Shown here piece by piece: positions 47,789-60,629 of a stretch of 64,000 nucleotides of DNA. Source of the DNA: Phoronis australis. Taxonomy: Eukaryota > Animalia > Phoronida. The stretch's first letter is position 1. Each line of letters opens with the position of its first letter. A program made the translations under genes and the position numbers. A model generated the notes under the pieces. The model saw only the letters and a list, made by a program, of their open reading frames with translations, had not been told where the DNA came from and made no database searches. The stretch covers positions 117,349 through 181,348 of the forward strand of contig NMRA01000530.1 in assembly GCA_002633005.1 (NCBI GenBank). The letters run 5' to 3'.

Positions 47789-50700
47789 CTAGTGGAAGAA
47801 AAACAAAATGGAGTCAAACACATCTTGTACAAATGGCCTAGCACTTGGAAACCAACATCCATAAGATGTGACATCTTGAATGAATACTAGTAATTTTAGG
47901 AATGAGTCCATTTCTACAATTTTGTAATACTAAGCAAAATGAATCCTTCAAAGAACTCTGTGAAGATATTAATATTCTTCCAAACCTGTGACTTTTATTT
48001 TTCAAGTCAACAGTTTTGTACAGCTTTGATGACATTCAAAACACAAATTGTCCCACATTGCTGATGTTGGCCAATAGTGAATCAAATATTTAACAAATCA
48101 ACAATATTGATACTCGTCAAGGCTGTATGATAAGCCCTCTGGTATTTGTTTTACATCTTAATGTCTTTTAGAAAAACTCAATTCACGTAGCAGCATGTAC
48201 TTAAGGCTGTTCCAGTAAAATCTGTATCGGGGGGGGGGGGGGGNGGCACTTTTTATTCGCACCCACCACCCATATTTTTCATTTATTTCTTCAGCCCACC
48301 ACCTGTAATTTTTTATAATTTTGAAATGCAACCACCTGTAATTTTTTTGTTGTTCTTGTGGTTGACTGCACAGGCACTTGAGTTTATCTGTTCCTCGATA
48401 ACCACTGACGTTATTCATTACTAAGAAAACATAATGTTTCTTATATATGGTTATTAGCCATCGAGAAATTCGAGTGCCTGTGGTTGACTGGTGTTATGGG
48501 CATGCCAATGAGGAGATCGGAGGGAGTGAAAAAGATGGAGCTTTTTGAAAGTTGCGTTAATTGTTTTAGTTGTTGATTCTGTGCGGATTGTTTATAAAAC
48601 TTTTTACCCACCATCAAACATTTATGACACAATGAAACAACAACCTGTAAATTTTTATTTTTTTGAAGTATGACCACCAGCCATTTTAAATTTAAATCAA
48701 ACACAACCACCCATAAATTTTCATTGCAACTGCGTTCCCCCCTCCCTCCCACACAGATTTTTCTGGAACAGCGCTTAGATGAGCATGCTACTACATGCAG
48801 ATGACATGGTTTTGTGCTCTCTAACAGCGTCTAACTTGCAACGTATGTTGAATTATCTCAATGAATATTGTGATTCATAGGGTATGGCTGTGAGTTTAAA
48901 GAAAACCAAAATAATTGTATTTAGAAATGGAGGTCCTTTAAGACCAATGAGAAATGTTTTTTTAACAAACAGCAAGTTGATGCTGTATCTCATTATAAAT
49001 ATCACCTTAATTGCCATGGTCGAAAGCGACAGAAACTCTCTCTTGTTAAGCAAATAAAGCTGCATCACGTGTTTTGAAACTGCAGCGCAAATGTCGCAAT
49101 ATGCCCGCATCACTTGCCTTTCAGTTATTTGATAAACTGGTGTACCCAACATTGTGTTATGATGACGAGATTTGGCGTTTTGAAGAATACAAGTGTTTAG
49201 AAAAAATTCATTTAAAATTCTGTAAACAGACCCTGGGAGTAGGCGGTTCTTGCTCTAACGCTGCAGTATTGGATGAATGTGGCAGATACCCTATGTTTAC
49301 AAGATACTTTGTTAGAAAATAATGGTTTAAAATTTTGAATGTGCCACAAGGGCTGCTTACAACATGTAGCAAAGACTAGATGAAAATGGTAGACATATCA
49401 CGATAATTGGGCAAGCTCAGTCTGCAATTTATTGTCAATATATGGTTTCTATCGATAATGTTTGGGAAAACTAAGAAGTCACCCGTCACGAGCCGTTTGT
49501 AAATATTTTCTCACAACGTGTTAAGGAATGTGCTTTGCATGATGTCGGATTCCAATCCTAAGTTAAACTATTACAAAAAATTTTAAGGTTGTATTTGAAC
49601 ATGAAAACTATTTAGAAATTGATAATCTTGCAAGAGTGTCCGCTCAAAGTTTTACACGTTTTCGACGTGCAAACCACAGACTGGCAGTAGAAACTGGTCA
49701 TCACATAAATGATATATCAAGACAGAGTGTGTATATTCTGATTGAGGAATTGTGTCGAGGATGAATCTCACTTTTTGTAAGTTTGTAATGCTTTTTTCCA
49801 AAATCAGAGCTAAGTTTCTTAGTGAGAGCCTCTGGACAAATCTCTCTTTGTTTAAACTTTATAGACTGTTATTTAATCCCCATACCTCAGTTGTGAAATA
49901 TGATAATTGCATACTACACATCTAAAAAACGGAACAGCTTGCGTATTGCTGGCTAGTGTGCATAGCACTCCAATGATCTGGTTTGTATGTTTGTTGCACT
50001 TTGGGCTGATGGTCATGTGTACAAATAAATAAAGGAAAGGAAAATCATTAACACAGAAAAATCAAGAACCCCAACTGAGAATCGAACTACAGGTCTCCAG
50101 ATTGCTGGTTAAGCGCTATCACCACTGAGCTCCTGATGACCCGGTATCTGTGCAGTTAGTACGAATAGTGTTTGCAGCCAACTGTTATGTCATCCATCCC
50201 ATGAGCGGCATTACGCCTTTTTCACACCAGACTTGGACAATTAATAATCAGCAATTTACCAGTATGAGTTAATTAGCTATTCTACATACAGATGCTGATG
50301 TTGGCCAATAGTGATTGCCAGCAATCTAGAGACCTGTGGTTTGTTTCCCAGTTGGAGTTTCTGATTTTTCTGGGTTATTAAGTTGACTTACATACGTTTT
50401 GTATTGTTTAGAGAGACATTGTAAACTGGTTGGTGACCACACGAATGCATTTAGTAGACACAAGACAGTTCCGAGTAAACTTGGTGTGATCACGTACTGT
50501 GCTTATAACACACAGTAACATCTCGCAAAGACTAGGGTGATCTCATATATTTGAACATCTTCTGTCTACACAATACAGCCCAGTTACAAGACTAGTGAGA
50601 GAAGAAAGACCCATGATACCATTTGACCGACACATGAGTGCACTTCAACTTAGATGCGAAATATTTTGATAAGCAAACTGATAGTGTATGCAAGTGCTGA

Positions 50701-53700
50701 ATATTTTTGTAGACCAGTGGCGGGGCAAGACTGCCTGTGGGCAAAAGAAATGTATTCCAGAGCCCAGTAATAAATTATTATTAATGTGACATATCAGGTA
50801 GCTTTAAATCTAAAGTTTGTTTTTTTTTTAAGCAAGAGCAACATAGTTACCATAGGTTATAACAAACTTACTATTATAATAACAGCTATAATGATGATTA
50901 GTTTGACATTCTTCCACCAGAGGGATCGCGCCAGGCTTCGACTTGTCTTCTTGAAACTCACCGACTATCAAAACGAAGAATACAAATTGTTGTTTCGGGA
51001 ACAATAGCAACAGTTAATTTTTTGACGTATTTTGTAACATAAAGATTGGTTAATGCAATAAAACACAGCACTACTAAAAGTTACATTGAGCCGAGTCAAA
51101 TATGGTCAACTTCAAAGTAAGACAAAATAAGATGGGAACTTGTTAAGCCAAAAATAACACTCATTCTGATAACCTCCATTTTGGGTACAGTACAACAACA
51201 GAAAACAAGACTAGTGTTAATTTACCTGATTTGACAACTTGATTTTTGATGTGTCACTTCAAAACAAAACATTCAAAGTTTACCACTGTGTGATGTTCCA
51301 AGATAACACTCATATCACAAAAAACAACAGTCATACCTTCTACACAAAAGGATGACCCATAATTATTGACAATTTTGAAAGCATTAAAAAGCATATGAAG
51401 AATTTGCATGCTCCAGTTTTGCTAAGTTATTAATAGAAAATTACCAAGAAATCCAATGTGTAAATATTCAAATTCCATGAAATGTTGACCTTTACCCTAA
51501 ATTCATATCTCACATAAACACCTAAACAGCATCACGCAGAGATTTCCATCAGTTCTGCAGTGCATTACTTATAACAGTATCGATTGGACACTAACTGTTG
51601 ACTTGCCTCTTACTATTTTTGCAGCAACTTTTCATCATCACAATACGGCCAAAGTTCAACTCAACTGGCCACATAGTCATGGCAACCATAACCTACTTTT
51701 AAGATCATACAATTTTGGTGTTATCACCAATACAAGTCACATGACATACAAAGTGAATGCCATTTGCAGTCAATTAGCTTTTAGGTCAACAAAATATTCC
51801 TTCTATACTCACACTCTCCCGCAAATCTTCTGTTTTGTCAATTAACAGTTCAAGCCTTTCACCCCTGCTGGCAATACTGTCTGTGAACAGAAAATGGCAC
51901 AGCTGTCAGCCTTGATTTAAGGAATGATACAAAATGCACGTCTTTAGTCAAGAACCTGTCAAGGCCACTGTCANNNNNNNNNNNNNNNNNNNNNNNNNNN
52001 NNNNNNNNNNNNNNNNNNNNNNNNNNNNNNNNNNNNNNNNNNNNNNNNNNNNNNNNNNNNNNNNNNNNNNNNNNNNNNNNNNNNNNNNNNNNNNNNNNNN
52101 NNNNNNNNNNNNNNNNNNNNNNNNNNNNNNNNNNNNNNNNNNNNNNNNNNNNNNNNNNNNNNNNNNNNNNNNNNNNNNNNNNNNNNNNNNNNNNNNNNNN
52201 NNNNNNNNNNNNNNNNNNNNNNNNNNNNNNNNNNNNNNNNNNNNNNNNNNNNNNNNNNNNNNNNNNNNNNNNNNNNNNNNNNNNNNNNNNNNNNNNNNNN
52301 NNNNNNNNNNNNNNNNNNNNNNNNNNNNNNNNNNNNNNNNNNNNNNNNNNNNNNNNNNNNNNNNNNNNNNNNNNNNNNNNNNNNNNTCACTGACTATCAA
52401 AACAAAGAATACATTGTTTTTTCGAGAACAATAGCAACAGTTAATTTTTTGAGGTATTTTGTAACATAATGAATGGTTAATGCAATAAAACACAGTACTA
52501 CTAAAAGTTACATTGAGCCGAGTCAAATATGGTCAACTTTAAAGTAAGAAAATAAGATGGGAGTTTGTTAAGCCAAAAATAACACTCATTCTGATAAGCT
52601 CCATTTTGGGTACAGTACAACAACAGAAAACAAGACTAGTGCTAATTTATCTGATTTGACAACTTGATTTTTGATGTGTTATTTCAAAACAAAACATTCA
52701 AAGTTTACCACTCTGTGATGTTCCAAGATAACAGTCATATCACAAAAAACAACAGTCATACCTTCTACACAAAAGGATGACCCATAATTATTGACAATTT
52801 CGAAAGCATTAAAAAGCATACAAAGAATTTGCATGCTCCAGTTTTGCTAAGTTATTAATAGAAAATTACCAAGAAATCCAATGTGTAAATATTCAAATTC
52901 CGTGAAATGTTGACCTTTGTCCTAATTCATATCTTACATGAACACCTAAACAGCATCACGCAGAGATTTCCATCAGTTCTGCAGTGCATAACAGTATCGA
53001 TTGGACACTAACTGTTGACTTGCCTCTTACTATTTTTGCAGCAACTTTTCATCATCACAATGCGGCCAAAGTTCAACTCAACTGGCCACATAGTCATGGC
53101 AAGCATACCCTACTTTTAAGATCATACAATTTTGGTGTTATCACCAATACAAGTCACATGACATACAAAGTGAATGCCATTTGCAGTCAATTAGCTTTTA
53201 GGTCAACAAAATATTCGTTCTATACTCACACTCTCCCGCAAATCTTCTGTTTTGTCAATTAACAGTTCAAGCCTTTCACCCCTGCTGGCAATACTGTCTG
53301 TAAACAGAAAATGGCACAGCTGTCAGCCTTGATTTAAGGAATGATACAAAATGCACGTCTTTAGTCAAGAACCTGTCAAGGCCACTGTCATGAGAAAACT
53401 CTAGCCCACCATCGTTAAAATGCAACTTTCCTGATGAACACTGCTCACTGTGAACCCCCAATAATAAACGTTCACGGTGCTCATAAAACCTGGAGCCCAA
53501 ACATCAACCCAAATCCACTACTTCTGCATCAACGTAAGAAGCTGTCGGCTAATAATTCGCAAGTAATGTAATAATTCTATTCATAGTACTTAGCTCAAGA
53601 CAGTACTGCACTAGACCAAGTTTGAATAACCACCAAATTAACATTCAAGTTAGTTTGTTTTCCTGCAATGAAGTTTTCTGCAACCACTATGGATGGCACA

Positions 53701-56700
53701 AGAGGTCCTGCCCTTCCACCTGTACAGTATGAACAAGCCAGGTTCATTATTCTGACTCCTTTTAGTTATTAGGGGGGGGGGGGGGNACTTGGTACTTGAG
53801 GTGAGAAACTGTTACCTTTCACTCCAGATGAAAACAATCTATGCACACCCTGCCCCCAACCCCCCGTTCTGGGTTTAATACTTCAGGCTTTGCCAGTAGA
53901 CAAAAATGCAAATATTCTAGACTACAATGCCAGACACAATCCAAGAAGATAATGTACCCACAACTTTCACTTGTGACTCACCTATATTTTTTACCATGAT
54001 GCCCCTGAGCTCATCAACTTGCCCTTGAACTTGGTCGACACGATTTAAGTCACCCTCACCCTCTGAGTGATGTCGCTGAAATCAGTTTCAACTCACTTTA
54101 ATTAAAAATCAACAGTGAGTAACGATGGGTCGGGTACTTTGTTTTGCACAACTAAATTAAAAATATCAAGTTTTAATGACAGTTAAACAAATTGAAAGGA
54201 GTGACTGTTACACAAAGGCGGCACTTGATTGACTTTCCAGGTTCTGCTGGGTCAATCGGCTAAGACATCTGAGTGATCAGTAAGCTAGAGGTCGTCATCG
54301 AGAACCAATAAGATGTCTTATCCGGCTGACGCGGCGGAACCGGAGAAGTCAATCAAGGGCAACCGCAATGTAAACTGCTTGATTTAAGATTACGCTTTCT
54401 GAATACAGCAAAAATTCATAATCACAGAATTTAAAAACAATATGTGCTAAATAAAGTACAACAGAAAATAGCAGGAATTTTATAATAAAAAATTAGCGTA
54501 TAATGGTATGAACACAGCGATACACAAAGAATGAAGACCAACTCACCATCTGTGCTGCAAGAACCCGTGAGAACTCGCTATTCATAGCATATGGTAGTGC
54601 GGTCTGTGCACGGGTGCCATATTGCATTTGGAACCGGCGTTTCACATCATTTAGATATAGAAAAGCTTTAGATCGTTCAAAGTCCTGGAAAGGAAGTTGA
54701 CTGGTTAGCATCGATGACAAAATTTAGTTGTGATGGTTAAGTCCAAATAAGCTATGCTCCACTGAACATTAGTCTGCATATCTCAGTAAAACACAAAAAT
54801 TCTAAATAATTCATTGAGGGTGAAAACCATGAGACCTGCATGGGTTCGGATTTTTGTTTTATCAATTTAACAGATTTAGGTTATTTCAAATTAATTTTTA
54901 ATAAAAAGTTTATTAAATATGTGTAAGTAAGAGGGTACACTAAGACATGATAGTGTTTGCCAGAGGTCAAAAGTTTTCTATCATGTGAATCACATGTAAA
55001 CAAGCAAAAGAACATGCATAGTACTAGTACTGTGATTATGTTTGGAAACACCTTGGATTCAGTCTTGATAAACTGAGAGAAAAAAACGATAAACATCAGT
55101 TTCATTTTTGGTCACCTTCCTCTGGTATATTTCACTGACAAAAGTACTGGTTGTGTCATTTTCCAATATACCCTCTGTTCTGCGCTAGTACAATTTCTGT
55201 CCCACAAATGTTTTCAAGAACACAAATAAATGATCAAGTGGACCTAGAAAGTTTTTGAAGCTGGTTCACTGGACCCAGTGTTAGCAGTGGTAGGGCAAAC
55301 ACTGTAGTGACAAATGCAACAATTGTATAATCAAAAGTGATTTATTAAAATATAATTTATACATAATGCCATAGGCAGCAATTTTTTTCTAAATCCAACT
55401 GTCACTATGACCTTTTGCAAGTTTATATCTGGGTGGCAACCGATTTTACTCCACTTCTGATGGTAACTGCGCAGTCTTGAATAAACATTTTAAACATTAA
55501 CCCATGTGAGGTGTTCTACACCCAATCCGAGTTTCACATTGAGCAACGCAATAACATCACCAGAATTGGGTTAACAACCACCATCATGACGATAATTTTT
55601 AAGCCAAGGTCTACCAAGAAATGAATTCGCCAGAAAACAGTTGCGCCATAAATACAGTTGCTTTAAAAAAACAATGAAATTCTTGTTGACCAATCAACAG
55701 AATTTTGCATCCATGTAATATAACTATGAATTAGAATGATTTGTTCCATTTGCCGATTTGTTATGTACATTAGACCCAGACAATTTTAATCACTATACAG
55801 CGTACAAAATTCCCTTTCAAAGGTTTACCATTCCCAGACAACTGAAAAATTAAGTAACACAAAGCCGCATGTCTGCAAGTTGCACAAAACCATTTCAACT
55901 ATTAGAACAGGCGTGTGATGAACACATGTGCACGAACTGGTATCTTGATAATGTGATACATTTGTATAATGCAGGCCAACTGTATTACTTCATTTTGAGT
56001 AATGCTCACACCAAGAAATTGGCAAAAGAGGCGTATGTATCACCAGCCTCCTTGTTGTGATTCCCTGGCTTCTTAATCAACTCGGAGTGACTGATATTAT
56101 GCAAAAAGTAGGTCAGTATTGCAGTGTATTTTTCTACCTCCACTTAAAAAGAGTACAGTATAGGATGGGCAGCAGTGAAGAAGGTGATGACTCATTCTAC
56201 TCACATCATCTGTAATTGCTAAGTAGATGATTCTGTCTTCAGAAATGTAGTGGAACAGGTAGCTGTAGGAAGAAAAAAGGTGTATGAATAGGACTATAAA
56301 ATAATAATGAAAATGACTGACAAAAACCCAGGGGGTTACTCATATTGACAAGGTGCACCAAGGCGTGTACCGAAAATTGCAGGTAGGCGGCACTTTTTCA
56401 GCACATTTTGTGGGACCCCCGCTGGGTTTAATAGGCCCCTAAATTTCCATTTCATCCCCACAACAGACCCACCTGCATTGGCCTCAGACCCACAAAAGGT
56501 GCAAAAGGGAGTGTGAATCAGAAGACCTGGGACCCACAATAGGAGATCTCTCAGCAATTTTTGGTACACGCCAGTGGGCACCTTGTCAATATCAGTGGCC
56601 CCTGGGACAAAAGCAAACCCGGAATATAGCATAATTTAATTGGTTTCGGGCTGCGTTTTTTAATTGATGTGATGATGCAGTATCTTCATTCACCATATTT

Positions 56701-58726
56701 TCAAAGAAAACAAACTTAAGTCATGTGATGCCATCGGGCATACTTTAGGATCTTTATATTTCCCTAACATCACTTGACGCCAGTTGAAATGGGTCGAGAT
56801 GTATCTGATTGACCTAGCAGTGTGTGATGCCAGCTTTGAGGCGAAGGTTTCAAAATGAGTCAGGTGTGGACCACAACCAATTAACATGCAATTTGTTTTG
56901 CCTAAAGTGACACTGATCATGGTAGTAATGTGGTATTAATACAGTGTGGTCGACTCTCATCGTAAAGTAAAAGTTAATTATTTGTCAAGTAATCCTCCTC
57001 ACAGTTTTTTCTGGGATCCTTACAGGTTTTGCGACAAAAGACAATTACAAGGGTCCAACATTTTGAGAAATAGTTTAACGCCTATTACTCAGCGCAGGAA
57101 ACTGATTCTCAATATATGGAGCCCCTGTTGTACCATGTCTACTATAAATTCAACAGAAGTAGACATTATAAAACAGCTTTCAACTTTAATGAAATTTTGC
57201 CAACTTATGCTTCTAAACTAACGAGTAGGGTACTATTTACTATTGCCACAAGGCTAAAAGTTGGATATAACAAGCCCACATTTTGGGAACCAGTTTTGTA
57301 CAGTAGAAGTGAGCGACATTGGACCTGAATCTTCAAAAAATTAACTAGCAATATACAGAGCACCTGTTTTTAACCATATGCTGATAAACGAAATAGTTAA
57401 ATTACTACAGTAGGCATTATTATTTATTGCGGGCACATTAATACTTCTTTACAGCAGAATTGTGTTCAAACCCACATACTACTATTAGTCAGTGTGTCAG
57501 CCACAACAGACATTTAAACAGGACTGAATGTGACTAATTTAATTTGCACAATTACAAAAAACACCATGTAAGTGGCATATGATCATTAATAGACATCAAA
57601 GTTTAATCTAGCATATAATGCAGTCATCTCTGGGGATAATCAAACTTGTAATTGGATGATACCGGATAGAAATCTCCTTTATCTTGGAGGTAGGAAAACA
57701 TGTTGTACATTGGCCTCATTTTAAAAGTGTTGAGCTGATTCTAGGAGTCATATTCCAAGTAGTATTGCATCTACAAAAATACTTCTTGAGTTAGTTCAAC
57801 TTTCTGCCTTGGAGACAAAGACCACAGCACAGCATTGAAACTTCACTGGCATTGAAAGATAGCAAACAGTTAAAGCAATAGAGAAAAATTTGAAAAAGCA
57901 AGGCACCAACAAATAACACGAAAAGCTTCAATGATGAAAATGAGACTAGAGCACTGTTTGGCAGATGTTGCAGCATTGTGAGTAACGCAAACGTCGCTGT
58001 ATAATCCAGGACCATTTTAAAGCTAAAATCTTTTCGCAAGAGTTCCAAATTTGCACGATTACCCCATTTTAATTTTTAGCTAACGACTTCTGGAGCATCA
58101 TGTTCTATTAGTAAGCGTCTTATGCAACAACAAAGATTTGTTGTGCAAGTTAAGTCAATTGAAAGTCACTTTTTAAATAAACATGAGTCAAGGGCTCCCT
58201 TCACCAACTAGGAAATTAAAATTGGAAAATTAATATTAAATATTCAAAAAAAAATAACTGAAAAGCAAACAGCAGATATGGGCTCAAAAACCTGAGCCGC
58301 GACTTGAAGACAATTGAAAACACCCTTGTTAGCGAAGAATTTTGTGTTTGAATAGAACTGAATGATGTCAAAGTGTTATTCATTTGACATTTAGTGGATT
58401 GCGGTTTTCCCAGCACAAACCAAGTGCCAACATCTACTGGCATTACAAAACAACCATACTCTGGTAAAAAATCTACAAAACCATTGATGTCATAATTTTA
58501 AAAGGATCCACATCAGAGAAGGGCATTCTGTTACAGGGTTTTTCACTGACCAGAGCATCAAATATTCCACTGGCACTCACCTGCCATGAGAGTACGTTAA
58601 CTTGGCGTTTTCCGGTGAGATCTTGGACAGTATTTGTTCTGTGACTTCAGTGAAGTTGCCTGCGCAGCTGGCGTACTTCGTTAGCACCGTACTGCCACGT
58701 GCGATGACTGAGAAGAGTATAGGCAT
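47684..58726 (-). CDS. VAMP7: vesicle-associated membrane protein 7 (longin R-SNARE), 233 aa; exons 58726-58581, 56262-56205, 54684-54547, 54075-53982, 53297-53230 (duplicate at 51880-51813), 50964-50872, 47788-47684
   Basis: Longin domain MPILFSVIARGSTVLTKYASCAGNFTEVTEQILSKISPENAKLTYSHG. SNARE motif VDELRGIMVKNIDSIASRGERLELLIDKTEDL with the zero-layer Arg. WWKNVKL followed by the TM helix and CGGLDWPC. All junctions are GT-AG and in phase. Confidence 0.96.
48204..48774. mobile_element. PIF/Harbinger-type MITE, TTA target duplication
   Basis: TIR gctgttccag.aaaatctgt / acagatttttctggaacagc; TTA at 48201-48203 and 48775-48777. Confidence 0.75.
48778..50043 (+). mobile_element. decayed LINE 3' half (RTE-X-like), antisense in the last VAMP7 intron
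   Basis: Motifs ADDMVL (RT core), LFDKLVYPTLCY..EIW, EKIHLKFCK..LGV, GRYPM, RFRRANHRLAVETG and VEDESHFL, followed by an AATAAA/A-rich tail. Confidence 0.85.
50047..50385. mobile_element. two tRNA-derived SINE heads in inverted orientation (50047-50132 minus, 50317-50380 plus)
   Basis: The minus copy has box A GAGCTCAGTGG and box B GTTCGATTC. The plus copy shares ccagcaatct.gagacctgt.gtt...cagttgg.gtt..tgatttttctg. Confidence 0.65.
50872..50964 (-). CDS. VAMP7: VAMP7 exon (SVSFKKTSRSLARSLWWKNVKLIIIIAVIII)
   Basis: 93 nt; tttgatag acceptor, GTAAGT donor. Confidence 0.94.
51813..51880 (-). CDS. VAMP7: VAMP7 68-nt exon, copy B (duplicate across the gap)
   Basis: Same sequence as 53230-53297; ttcacag acceptor, GTGAGT donor. 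Confidence 0.6.
51974..52386. other. assembly gap
   Basis: N run. Confidence 1.
53230..53297 (-). CDS. VAMP7: VAMP7 exon (DSIASRGERLELLIDKTEDLRES), copy A
   Basis: 68 nt; tttacag acceptor, GTGAGT donor. Confidence 0.88.
53982..54075 (-). CDS. VAMP7: VAMP7 exon (RHHSEG...VDELRGIMVKNI)
   Basis: 94 nt; tttcag acceptor, GTGAGT donor. Confidence 0.94.
54224..54357. repeat. imperfect palindrome (fold-back element) in a VAMP7 intron
   Basis: cttgattgactt...taagacatct versus agatgtctta...aagtcaatcaag. Confidence 0.75.
54547..54684 (-). CDS. VAMP7: VAMP7 exon (DFERSKAF...LPYAMNSEFSRVLAAQM)
   Basis: 138 nt; ttccag acceptor, GTGAGT donor. Confidence 0.95.
56205..56262 (-). CDS. VAMP7: VAMP7 exon (SYLFHYISEDRIIYLAITDD)
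   Basis: 58 nt; cctacag acceptor, GTGAGT donor. Confidence 0.94.
56327..56606. mobile_element. 280-bp MITE with ~45-bp TIRs starting CCCAGGGG (EnSpm/CMC-like)
   Basis: cccagggggttactcatattgacaaggtgcaccaaggcgtgtacc versus the reverse-complemented cccaggggccactgatattgacaaggtgcccactggcgtgtacc; TSD not clear. Confidence 0.75.
58581..58726 (-). CDS. VAMP7: VAMP7 first coding exon (the exon starts at 58759)
   Basis: ccaccATG; acceptor cttccag; donor GTGAGT. Confidence 0.95.
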
Positions 58727-58859
58727 GGTGGGAACAGGATGACAATGGACTCAGACTACCTGGAAGAGCATAAACATGTTCATCAAGTACAATCAGCCGA
58801 TTTCTAAAAAAATAATTGTGAAACAAAATTCATCTTTTTTCGTTTCTCAGCCACTTTAA

Positions 58860-59385
58860 AGAGGCCAGGAACGTGATAAACAGTGAGACTAAATTGCAAT
58901 GATAAAAGTGGTTCTCTGCCACTGAAATCGAATTCAACCTGCTAACCAGGTAATTTTGGGTTTGTTTATTAATATTTTTAAACTGTTGATATCAAAGCGT
59001 TTCCTATTAGTTTCAAATTTGAAAAAAAAACAATCTGTCAACTGCTCGCCATTTCCTTGATTTTTCGTCCACAAGGAAAAGCACGTCTCCCTATATGGTA
59101 TGGCAAGACATAGACGCACAACATTCCCCGTATAAGAAAAATGTGACCATTGACCTCGAGCGATTTCAAGCAATTGACTGTGAGTGCATCCACGCATTTA
59201 TCACAAGTGGGAGGGAGATTAGTAATTAAAGTAGTAACCACAGTTTTTTCTTCACGCATATTTCAAAAATCCTGAATTTTCCGATTCTTTCCGGAATTTC
59301 CTCTGTACTAGACAATTCGAAATTGTACTTTCGTCAGGAATTGTTTAAAAGATATTTTTGACCAGCTTTCACATTCCATGCCTCT
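58860..59385. mobile_element. Kolobok-type non-autonomous element, TTAA TSD
   Basis: TTAA|AGAGGCCAGGAACGTGA...TCACATTCCATGCCTCT|TTAA. Confidence 0.75.
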
Positions 59386-60629
59386 TTAAAGTTTAAAAAT
59401 AGGTTTAAATGCATGCAATTTGTCTGAATAATCACATGGTAAGTTATTAGATATTTAAACATGATGACTTAACTTGTTGCAATCAACTTTTATGGCAAAG
59501 GAAAGACCAGAATTTTAACATGACTGCCATCTGATGTCCAATCTTGGCAAGATTTTGCAATTACAGGATATTTATGTTGTGGGGAACATACAGGGATAGC
59601 ATGTGTTACACACATGGACATTAGAAGCATGGTCAGACTTTGGCTTGACATTGCAGAGAGATCTGGAAGATTCATGGCACAAGGTGTCCCTTTGATAAGT
59701 TTTAACTTAAAGTGACATTTTATCAGTTTAGATGACAGTTTAGTTTGGCAGTTAGAGAGGTGGACGCCAAAAAGGACGTAACTGGTCACCAGGTAGGGTT
59801 GAGAATGTCAAACATCAAAAATGGAAAAGCGCCTGTTCAATAGAAACTTACTACCACAAACAAATTTTATGGAAATCTATTAAGGAGCTACAGAGATAAA
59901 GTGACAAATGCAAAGAGCTTAAATTGCCACTAGGGGGCAGGGCGGCAGTCACATCAGTCCGAAAAAAATCTGCCACACCATATTGAGATTTTTGCAATGG
60001 TTTTACAAGTACAGCAGTGGATGTCAGACAGAAATGACACCAATATGCAGGCACATAAAAAGGTGGTTTCTCAAAAGTTATCACCAGCTGCTGGCGAAAA
60101 TTATCAGTTGGTATTTTAAAAAACCCACTAGGATTACCTAGCCTTAGAAAACCAACTGGGTGTATGAAATGATCTCCCAAAAATAACTGGAGCCACCAGT
60201 ATACTAAATGTTTTTCAATCATGAACTGTTCACAATTCCTTGTCATTGTAACAGTAGCGACATCTGGAGATTGCCTTAAAAACTAATGCTCATATGTGTA
60301 CTTCCTCTGTAGACTAAAGCAGTGCCACCTCCTTCTGGCTCTGTGCTTTGTAAATGCTTGTAGCACCAATGTCGGAAACTAGCACTTGCACTAATGTTAG
60401 CTTGTCATATCTTAAGCCCGATGTTAAATAAACTTTACTTTGCTATGAAGATGTCAAAATACAGCTAGTAACTGTTGTGTGTTAACTTCACATAGATCAA
60501 AAACTTTCACACCGCCCCGATAGTTCTGCTGATCACCATGTAATGAGACTTATATCAACATGCAGACCTAATGACTGGCTGAGGGGGTAATCTGAGCCAA
60601 CTCACACATTACTAGTAACAGGCGTTTAA

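Larger units (their letters stand above)
50958..53390. repeat. ~1-kb near-identical direct duplication (50958-51973 and 52387-53390) abutting an N gap
   Basis: Collinear, with scattered SNPs and small indels; both copies end exactly at the gap edges. Confidence 0.95.

Noticed and set aside
50047-50135. tRNA gene
   Set aside because: Box A and box B are present, but there is no good acceptor stem or 7-nt anticodon loop, and a second decayed copy shares the 3' flank. This fits a SINE.
51934-52526. Long ORFs in the track (also 3659-4228 and 60825-61619)
   Set aside because: They are open only because they run through N gaps.
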